Shown here: positions 1 through 5,633 of the stretch, one piece after another
How the letters are laid out: each line of letters begins with the position of its first letter
How positions within the stretch are numbered: the first letter of the stretch is position 1
Assembly: GCA_027013865.1 (NCBI GenBank)
Contig: JALWFW010000177.1
Coordinates: 406 to 11,246, forward strand
Direction of reading: 5' to 3'
Length of the DNA: 10,841 nucleotides
Origin: Polyangiaceae bacterium
Lineage (GTDB): Bacteria; Myxococcota_A; Polyangia; HGW-17; JALWFW01
Position numbers and translations under genes: made by a program
Notes under the pieces: model-generated
What the model was told of the DNA's origin: nothing
What the model saw: only the letters and a program-made list of their open reading frames with translations
Database searches by the model: none

Positions 1-481
1 CAACGGAAGCGGAAAGAGTACTCTGGCACGTATCATTACAGGTATTTTGCTTCCAGACGAAGGTGCCGTCGAAGTGGATGGCGAACCTTCCGTACCACTG
101 TGCGGTTACTGCGATCAGGAAGGAAGTGTTTTTCATGATTCCATAGAAAGTAACATCACCTTGAACAGGGGACCTCTGGACGTGTCCTATCCCATGGGCC
201 TGCCGCTCCCTGAGGATCCTGGGCAGCATGCAGATGAACTTTCGAGGGGGCAGAAAAAGTGTGTCGCTCTTCTCAGAGCCCTTTACGGCAGTCCTGCCCT
301 GGTGGTGGTAGACGAGCCCGAGGCCTATCTGGACGGTGAGACCAGGCAACGGGCCATAGAACTCATCCTGTCGGGAAGAGACGACTCCATGACAGTGGTT
401 TTCTCCCATGATCCCGAAATACTGACGGCATGTGACACGGTTTATGATCTCGCCCGGCCCCATACATGGAATGACGATTGA
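1..481 (+). CDS. ABC transporter ATP-binding domain, 3' portion; the CDS starts upstream of the window, reads in frame 2 and has its stop at 479-481
   Basis: Frame-2 translation from nt 2 gives NGSGKSTLARIITG (Walker A), then a Q-loop Q, the signature LSRGQKK (degenerate LSGGQ), Walker B VVVDEPEAYLD and the H-loop FSHD. The ORF-track M at 47 is an internal TTG. Confidence 0.85.
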   Translation, partial: NGSGKSTLARIITGILLPDEGAVEVDGEPSVPLCGYCDQEGSVFHDSIESNITLNRGPLDVSYPMGLPLPEDPGQHADELSRGQKKCVALLRALYGSPALVVVDEPEAYLDGETRQRAIELILSGRDDSMTVVFSHDPEILTACDTVYDLARPHTWNDD

Positions 482-528
482 TGCTTTCGGGTATGGCATG
501 ACATGATTCATGATATTGAAGTCGTAAC

Positions 529-544
529 TGTGACCTGGAAGTCA
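529..544. promoter_or_regulatory. Inverted repeat GTGAC-N6-GTCAC about 100 bp upstream of the candidate sigma-54 element; possible enhancer/activator (bEBP) site
   Basis: Perfect 5-bp arms read directly. Position relative to the -24/-12 element fits typical UAS spacing. Three CATG cores (498-514) lie just upstream, and the interval 550-610 between the palindrome and the promoter element is AT-rich and bendable. Confidence 0.3.
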
Positions 545-640
545 CGTATATGGTATGAGATATTTTGGTCTTATTAGCTTTATTTGCCTAATTGCTTGAG
601 ATTAAAAGACTTTTTGCACTATCGCATTGCGGGGGTAAAC

Positions 641-656
641 TGGCATGTATATTGCA
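641..656 (+). promoter_or_regulatory. Candidate sigma-54 (RpoN) -24/-12 promoter, TGGCATG-N4-TTGCA, driving the OMP gene at 685
   Basis: TGGCATGtataTTGCA matches the TGGCACG-N4-TTGCW consensus with one mismatch. GG (642-643) and GC (654-655) are spaced exactly 10 nt apart. The predicted TSS near 667 precedes the GAGGAGGAG RBS (672-680) and the ATG at 685. Confidence 0.45.
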
Positions 657-684
657 AATCCTCTGACGTACGAGGAGGAGTACC

Positions 685-1533
685 ATGTTCACCACAATGA
701 TTACTGCCATGACGCTCATGATGACCCAGCCGGTTCCGGCTGATTATCAGTCCTATTCTAGATGTGAAACAGCAGACAGTCAGTGGGGTTACGACGAATC
801 ATGTGATTCGGGGTGCGACTGCGGGTGCGAGGAGGCGGCTCCGGCAGCAGTCGGAACCACTCCTGTGGTGCGTCCCATGTCGCAACCATCTGTACCAAAG
901 GATCTGGCAACACCAGAGAACCATTTTGAACAGTCCCTGGACACTTCTCTTTTGACCCTGGACACTGCCAAGGCACTTCCCAGGGATGTCATGGTCTTTG
1001 GTACCAACTTCTATATAGTCCCTTCATTGAGAGCGGGTTTGGGTTATGGACTCGAGGCCGGAGTCACCATGTTCGGCGTATATCCCATGTTCACTCTCAA
1101 GAAGGAGATCATAAGCACCGATTCCCTCGTGGTGTCGGGTTCAGGCGCCGCCCTTATTGCCGATGATGGTGAAGGCCTGATGTTCGCGGGCCTCAAGTCT
1201 CAATTGAGTGCCGGACCGCTGAACCTTTACGGTGATATTTACTTCGGGGTGCCACTGAAGGAGACTGATTCCTCATCCAGTACCATCAAGTTGGCGAGAC
1301 TCGGGGCCAAGGCCAGGCTGACTCCCACCCTCTCCCTTCTGGGTGAGGTCTGGAGTGCCTCGGGCAACCTTGCCATGGAGGACGGTGTGATTGCACTGAT
1401 GGGCATGAGGTTCACCTGGTATGTGGCTTCCAAACCCCGTTATGTGGATGTTTTCATGGTTTCTCACATAGATGAGTATGGCTCCACGGACTATCTACCC
1501 ATGCTCATGATGAACTATGGCCTGACCTTCTGA
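685..1533 (+). CDS. Putative outer-membrane beta-barrel protein with an N-terminal Cys6 cluster (C-x12-C-x3-C-x-C-x-C)
   Basis: Strong RBS GAGGAGGAG 5 nt upstream of the ATG. Hydrophobic N-terminus (possible signal peptide, although there is no basic n-region). Amphipathic beta-strand alternation throughout the C-terminal ~200 aa and a terminal ...NYGLTF (C-terminal Phe OMP signature). No family recognised by eye. Confidence 0.7.
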   Translation: MFTTMITAMTLMMTQPVPADYQSYSRCETADSQWGYDESCDSGCDCGCEEAAPAAVGTTPVVRPMSQPSVPKDLATPENHFEQSLDTSLLTLDTAKALPRDVMVFGTNFYIVPSLRAGLGYGLEAGVTMFGVYPMFTLKKEIISTDSLVVSGSGAALIADDGEGLMFAGLKSQLSAGPLNLYGDIYFGVPLKETDSSSSTIKLARLGAKARLTPTLSLLGEVWSASGNLAMEDGVIALMGMRFTWYVASKPRYVDVFMVSHIDEYGSTDYLPMLMMNYGLTF

Positions 1534-1555
1534 TCCGCTTCCCTAATTTTTGCCC

Positions 1556-2371
1556 TTATAGACTGAAAGGTGGAATGAAAAGGGTGTTGCCGTCTATGTG
1601 TACGTCTGCCCCAAGGACAACCGGGTGGTTTTCGGGTCCGTGTCCTGCAGGAAATCCGTACAGTACTGGAACTTCAGGCAGCAACGAGGTTACTAGGGCT
1701 GCTACATCCCGCTCGTCCAGTCCAGAAAACCGGCCGAGCACCACAGCCAGGGCTCTGTCTAAACCAGAACACCTTATCAGTTGCACCAAGGCGCGGTCTA
1801 TGCGGTACATGGGTTCGCCCACGTCCTCCAGGATGACGATGTAGCCGCTCAAATCTGGAGAGGCTTCAGTTCCACACATGGATGCCAGTACGGTCAGATT
1901 GCCTGCTGCTGCAGGACCTTGGACGCGGATTTCTTCCCCGTACAGTCGGTATGAGCGGGCAGGCATGTAGCCATCATCGAGCAGCATGGCAGTAAGGGCT
2001 CGGGAAGTACTGTCTAGACGTGGGAACTGGGTCACCACGGGTCCGTGGATGGCAGTGTGTCCGTTTGCGTGCCAGGCAAAGAGCAGGGCCGTGACATCAG
2101 AAAATCCCAGGAGCGCAGCCGATGGAGTTATGTGGTGGACTATGCGTGTAGCACCGTAACCACCGCGTGCTGCCCACAGAAGATCTGCGTATTCGGCTGC
2201 CTGTTCGAGGAGGCGTATCCTCGTGGCATCATCGGCAGCCAGGTAACTACACGGGCCTGAGGGCGGATCGGATACCTCGTGAAACACGGGTTCGCCTCCC
2301 CACTGCCTTAGTCCCTCTGCCACTTTTTCAGGATCTGCTGCCCCTGACGGATATACGATCGCTATGCGCAT
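1556..2371 (-). CDS. ldcA: LD-carboxypeptidase (peptidase S66, LdcA/MccF family)
   Basis: N-terminal IAIVYPSGA and the nucleophile motif GFSDVT, then the Glu in VILEDVGE and the His in FPAGHGPEN, give a Ser-Glu-His triad at the usual positions over the right length (271 aa). No obvious SD. Lies 21 nt after the upstream gene. Confidence 0.85.
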   Translation of the reverse strand: MRIAIVYPSGAADPEKVAEGLRQWGGEPVFHEVSDPPSGPCSYLAADDATRIRLLEQAAEYADLLWAARGGYGATRIVHHITPSAALLGFSDVTALLFAWHANGHTAIHGPVVTQFPRLDSTSRALTAMLLDDGYMPARSYRLYGEEIRVQGPAAAGNLTVLASMCGTEASPDLSGYIVILEDVGEPMYRIDRALVQLIRCSGLDRALAVVLGRFSGLDERDVAALVTSLLPEVPVLYGFPAGHGPENHPVVLGADVHIDGNTLFIPPFSL

Positions 2372-2392
2372 CAGATGTGTAACTATAGGAAA

Positions 2393-3412
2393 TCATTCGG
2401 TTTCTGTGGATTTCTTCTTTTTGCGACTTTTGCGTTTTTTACGGCTTTTGCGTTTTTTCTTTTCTCCAGAGGTGTCTGCAGGTTTGTCGCCGGATCCATC
2501 AGATTTCTCAGAGGACTCTTCAGAGTTATGGACTGAAGCGTCTTTCTGATCTTCTTCTGGGTGAGACGAGGGCTGCCCAGCATCTATCATGGAGGCCTCT
2601 TCCTCTACCTGTTCTGATGAAGTGGAGCCTGCGTCCCCAGGCTGATCATCTGAGGTCTGTGTATCGGATGGTTCCTCTTCAGTAGTGTCCTGGGTCATCT
2701 CACTGTCGGTATCCTGTGACAGTGCGCTACCTGGCTTGGCTTCAGTCTGTTCGGCGGGTTCAGTCTGTTCGGCGGGTTCAGTCTGTTCGGCGGGTTCAGT
2801 CTGTTCGGCGGGTTCAGTCTGTTCGGCGGGTTCAGTCTGTTCGGCGGGTTCAGTCTGTTCGGTGGCTTCAGTCTGTTCGGCGGGTTCAGTCTGTTCGGCG
2901 GGTTCAGTCTGTTCGGCGGGTTCGCCGCCTATGTCGGGGCTGATATCGTTTTCATCGGAAACAGACTGTGCTGCCATCTCTTCAGGCTGATCAGAAGTCA
3001 CGTCGTCTCCGGAGAGTTCAGTGGCCTCTTCAGCAGCGGGTTCCGGTTCATCTTGCGTTGTGGTAGCCGGGGATATGTCACTTTCAGAGGTATCTTCCGT
3101 ATGTTCATCCTGTAAGGTCTGGACATCTGAGTCTCCTGCTTCCAGCCATCTTTCGAAGACGTCCAGATGGCTATCACTCATCTCGTCCAGTCTCAGGAAC
3201 ATACCTGGGGCCTGATCGCCGATAGCTTCCCTCGATGTGCCCACTATCACCATGCAGTCAATGGTCTCTTCTCCCCTGGTTATTGTCATGGAGAGGCTGG
3301 TTCCCACAGGCATGGGGTCTTTGACCTGTACCTCGAACCCATCTAGGGATATGGCTTCCAGAGGTAGGTCACTGTATAGCGTTATGTCATGGTAGGTAAT
3401 AGATGCTTTCAT
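2393..3412 (-). CDS. Chimeric protein: non-canonical PilZ-like N-terminal beta-barrel domain, a highly acidic disordered region with ~10x PAEQTE tandem repeats, and a polybasic C-terminal tail (KKKRKSRKKRKSRKKKK)
   Basis: ATG at 3410-3412 is preceded by GAGAGGTG (preferred over the in-frame GTG at 3421). The first ~95 aa, with AISLDG and a ...GMFLRLDEMSDSHLDVFERWL C-terminal end, resemble a PilZ domain. They lack the RxxxR and D/NxSxxG c-di-GMP motifs. The remainder is D/E/T/S/Q-rich low complexity ending in a K/R run. Confidence 0.75.
   Translation of the reverse strand: MKASITYHDITLYSDLPLEAISLDGFEVQVKDPMPVGTSLSMTITRGEETIDCMVIVGTSREAIGDQAPGMFLRLDEMSDSHLDVFERWLEAGDSDVQTLQDEHTEDTSESDISPATTTQDEPEPAAEEATELSGDDVTSDQPEEMAAQSVSDENDISPDIGGEPAEQTEPAEQTEPAEQTEATEQTEPAEQTEPAEQTEPAEQTEPAEQTEPAEQTEPAEQTEAKPGSALSQDTDSEMTQDTTEEEPSDTQTSDDQPGDAGSTSSEQVEEEASMIDAGQPSSHPEEDQKDASVHNSEESSEKSDGSGDKPADTSGEKKKRKSRKKRKSRKKKKSTETE
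2738..2924. repeat. Near-perfect 18-bp tandem repeat (unit GGGTTCAGTCTGTTCGGC), 10 full copies plus a partial one; in frame, encoding (PAEQTE)n on the minus strand
   Basis: Read directly. Units run 2738-2755, 2756-2773 and so on to 2900-2917, with a partial unit at 2918-2924. Only three units carry single-base variants (units 1 and 8 have GGC at their 5' end, unit 7 ends GGT). Confidence 0.95.
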
Positions 3413-3453
3413 GGTGTGCACCTCTCAAAAGGAGACAGTGGGTAAAGGATGCC

Positions 3454-4776
3454 TTAGACCGGCTGAGCCGAACCGCAGTAGGGACAGAACTTCATGCCTG
3501 GCATGATTTCCTTGCCACAGGTTACGCAGTGGGGAGCTGCCTGGGCATGTTGGGTAGCTCCACAGAAAGGACAGAATTTCGATCCTTCCGGAATCTCCTT
3601 ACCGCAGTTCACGCATTTGACTTTGGGAAGTTCTGATAGTGGATTGCCGCAGTTCGGGCAGAACTTGAGTCCTGGACCCACAGGATAACCACATTTCGGA
3701 CATGCAGAAGAGCCCGGCGCCTGCTGTGGTGGAGTTTGCGTTGCTCCTGGTGCTGCCATGGTTGCCGCTGCTCCGGCTGCTGCTCCGGCTGCCATCTGTG
3801 CCTGATGAGGCTGTTGGGGCATGGCCCCTGCGGCTCCCTGGGGTGGCGGTGGCGGGGGGTATCCTCCAACACCTGCTCCCTGTGGCGGATATCCCTGCTG
3901 TCCGTACATTGCCTGCATTCCGGGATTCATGGACTGCGCCACCATTCCTGGCATCATGAATCCCATGCCAAGCCCCATGCCCATGCCCATGCCTGCACCT
4001 GCGGTTCCGTCTCCACCCGAGTTCTTGGCCAGATCTCGCATTGCATAGGCCATCTGGTACTGCTGGAATGCTCCCATGGAGTTTTCGAACAGCCCCATTC
4101 CACTGCGCTCGTCGATTTTCTTCTGTACTTCCGGCGGCGGGGTAATTGCTCCTATACGCAGATCTTCCAATTCGAGGCCGTTTTTGGCGAAGTCATCGGC
4201 AAGACGGGCCTTGGTGGCAGTGGCTATCTCATCGAAGAGGCCGGCCAGCTCCATGATACTCTTCATGATCTCGCCAATTACGTCGATGAGACGCTGCACC
4301 ACGGCATCCCTTGCCCAATTTGCCATGTCACTGGCCGTGTAGATGCGGCTGCTCTTGAGACGTTTGTTCACGAACAGAACCGGATCCACTATGCGGTATG
4401 TCAGGGAACCGAAAGAGCGCAACCTTACGACTCCCATCATGGAATCCCGCATGGGGATGGGTTCCTTGGTACCCCACTTCTGGTCGTCGATGAGTCCCAC
4501 GTCAACGAAGACCACTTCGGCCTTGAAAGGAGTTCTACCGTCGAAGGCCGCGCCGATGACCTTGCCGAGCAAGGGTAGGTTGCCTGTGGACAGGGTATAG
4601 CGACCTGGACCGAAGGTGTCCAGTGCCTGACCGCCCCTGTAGAAGATTGCCACCTGTCCTTCCCTGACGATGAGCTGGGAACCCCACTTTATGTCAGCCT
4701 CGCCGTCCTGGGGTATGCGGACGGCCATGACCTCTCGCGAATCATCTAGATATTCTATGAGATCGAGTAATGGCAT
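3454..4776 (-). CDS. SPFH/Band-7 family (Band_7_1-like) protein with a Gly/Met/Pro-rich linker and three C-terminal zinc ribbons
   Basis: RBS AAAGGAG 7 nt upstream of the ATG. The N-terminal ~250 aa (LIVREGQVAIFYRGGQALDTFGPGRY...) is typical of Band_7_1 SPFH proteins. It is followed by GMGMGMGLGMGFMMPGM / PPPPPP low complexity and then 3x [CxxCG-x8-10-KFCPxCG]. The (CATGCC)n DNA at 3963-3992 encodes the GM run. Confidence 0.85.
   Translation of the reverse strand: MPLLDLIEYLDDSREVMAVRIPQDGEADIKWGSQLIVREGQVAIFYRGGQALDTFGPGRYTLSTGNLPLLGKVIGAAFDGRTPFKAEVVFVDVGLIDDQKWGTKEPIPMRDSMMGVVRLRSFGSLTYRIVDPVLFVNKRLKSSRIYTASDMANWARDAVVQRLIDVIGEIMKSIMELAGLFDEIATATKARLADDFAKNGLELEDLRIGAITPPPEVQKKIDERSGMGLFENSMGAFQQYQMAYAMRDLAKNSGGDGTAGAGMGMGMGLGMGFMMPGMVAQSMNPGMQAMYGQQGYPPQGAGVGGYPPPPPPQGAAGAMPQQPHQAQMAAGAAAGAAATMAAPGATQTPPQQAPGSSACPKCGYPVGPGLKFCPNCGNPLSELPKVKCVNCGKEIPEGSKFCPFCGATQHAQAAPHCVTCGKEIMPGMKFCPYCGSAQPV
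3963..3992. repeat. Short hexamer repeat (CATGCC)n inside the SPFH gene, encoding the GMGMGMG linker
   Basis: Three perfect tandem CATGCC units at 3975-3992 plus a degenerate copy at 3963-3968. Confidence 0.7.
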
Positions 4777-4779
4777 GGA

Positions 4780-5262
4780 TTACTCCTTTCCTTCGCCGGA
4801 GCTCAGAATGTGTTCCCTGTCGTTCAGTGCCTGATCTATTTCTCTCAGAACGGAGGAGAAATTGATGAAGGCCATTTTCGGATCGCCACTAGCCATGGCG
4901 CTTTCGATGGCATCCATGGCATCGAAGGCCTTCTGGCGCAGTGTTTCGAGTTGCTGATCGTATTCTTCCACCTTGCGCAGTGCGTCTATTTTGGATGTGA
5001 AGAGACCGGGTGCGAAACCCATGTTGGACCAGTTGAGGCGGTCCCTAACTTTCCTGAGAAGCATGGTTGCCTGTTCTGCGTCATTGAGAAGCTGCATCTT
5101 GGTGAGATCACGTGAAATCATGACCTTTACCTGCTCCATGCGTGAATGAAGTTCGCCTAGTTTGGTACTCATGTATTCACGCAGAGCCCGATCCGTATTG
5201 CGACTCTCCTCACGTTGTCTGTAACCTTTGTAACCGGGAATTATATAATCCAAGATAGCCAT
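4780..5262 (-). CDS. Hypothetical cytoplasmic protein (~160 aa), helical/coiled-coil character, no transmembrane segment
   Basis: The ORF stop lies 3 nt before the SPFH start. GAGGAG sits 6 nt upstream of the ATG at 5262; the ATG at 5268 has no spacing to the SD and is rejected. Charged heptad-like segments (LRKVEEYDQQLETLRQKAFDAMDAIE). No family recognised. Confidence 0.65.
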   Translation of the reverse strand: MAILDYIIPGYKGYRQREESRNTDRALREYMSTKLGELHSRMEQVKVMISRDLTKMQLLNDAEQATMLLRKVRDRLNWSNMGFAPGLFTSKIDALRKVEEYDQQLETLRQKAFDAMDAIESAMASGDPKMAFINFSSVLREIDQALNDREHILSSGEGKE

Positions 5263-5277
5263 GCTCATCTCCTCTTA

Positions 5278-5622
5278 TCAGTCGTCTTCCGATTCTTCCT
5301 TTTTACCGGCTGATGCCCTGCGGTAGCCGGAGTATACGAGTCCTGCGATCACTAGGAGCAGCAATGGCCACGTACGGCCTAGACCTGCCAGCCCTGATGA
5401 GGACAAGAACCAGAAGAAGAATAGCACGGACCAAAAAGCCCAGAATTCTTTGGTGAAGGTCACCAAGGCCAGGGATCCGAACAGCGCAGTACCCACGAGG
5501 GGCCACAGTCTACTGACGGAACTGATGCCGAAAGTGACAGGAAGGGCAAAGATCAGTCCTGCTGTGATGAGGGTGGTCAGTACAGGAATGAGTACTTTGT
5601 TTTTGGAAGATTTGTCACCCAT
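5278..5622 (-). CDS. Small integral membrane protein (114 aa, ~4 predicted TM helices, acidic C-terminal tail)
   Basis: RBS CGAGGT 8 nt upstream. Starts 11 nt after the OmpA-family stop. Four hydrophobic 18-22 aa segments (VLIPVLTTLITAGLIFALPVTF, LWPLVGTALFGSLALVTF, FWAFWSVLFFFWFL..., WPLLLLVIAGLVYSGY). Confidence 0.7.
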   Translation of the reverse strand: MGDKSSKNKVLIPVLTTLITAGLIFALPVTFGISSVSRLWPLVGTALFGSLALVTFTKEFWAFWSVLFFFWFLSSSGLAGLGRTWPLLLLVIAGLVYSGYRRASAGKKEESEDD

Positions 5623-5633
5623 GGTGGACCTCG

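Noticed and set aside
614-641. Sigma-70-like pair TTGCAC (614-619) -N16- TAAACT (636-641) upstream of the OMP gene
   Set aside because: Possible, but the -10 is weak. The TGGCATG-N4-TTGCA sigma-54 element 5-20 nt downstream is a much closer consensus match with better TSS-to-RBS geometry. Kept only as an alternative.
1534-1555. Expected bidirectional terminator between the convergent OMP and ldcA genes
   Set aside because: Only 22 nt separate the two stop codons and no GC-rich stem followed by a T-run is present on either strand. No terminator is claimed.
2281-2294. Cheo-box-like GAAACacggGTTCG
   Set aside because: Imperfect (GAAAC/GTTCG arms are not symmetric) and located inside the ldcA coding region, so most likely coincidental.
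2738-2924. Possible CRISPR array
   Set aside because: The units are directly contiguous with no unique spacers and are in frame within a CDS. This is a coding minisatellite, not a CRISPR.
2685-2990. Plus-strand ORFs (SVCSAG)n and (VRRVQS)n through the 18-bp repeat
   Set aside because: The 18-bp tandem repeat is open in several frames. Only the minus-strand frame joins an N-terminal folded domain, an SD-preceded ATG and a coherent C-terminus.
3413-3421. GTG at 3421 and TTG at 7913 proposed by the ORF track as starts
   Set aside because: In both cases a downstream ATG (3412 and 7886) has a well-spaced SD (AGGTG and GGGAGG), and for 7886 a proper signal-peptide n-region follows. The longer extensions lack an RBS.
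3494-4600. Plus-strand ORFs antisense to the SPFH gene (3494..3688, 3702..3959, 3736..4578 of 280 aa, 3821..4048, 4076..4342, 4343..4600)
   Set aside because: They overlap a strongly supported SPFH/zinc-ribbon CDS. Their translations are Cys/His/Arg/Trp-rich low complexity without SD or family resemblance. They are artefacts of the GC-rich, repetitive coding strand.
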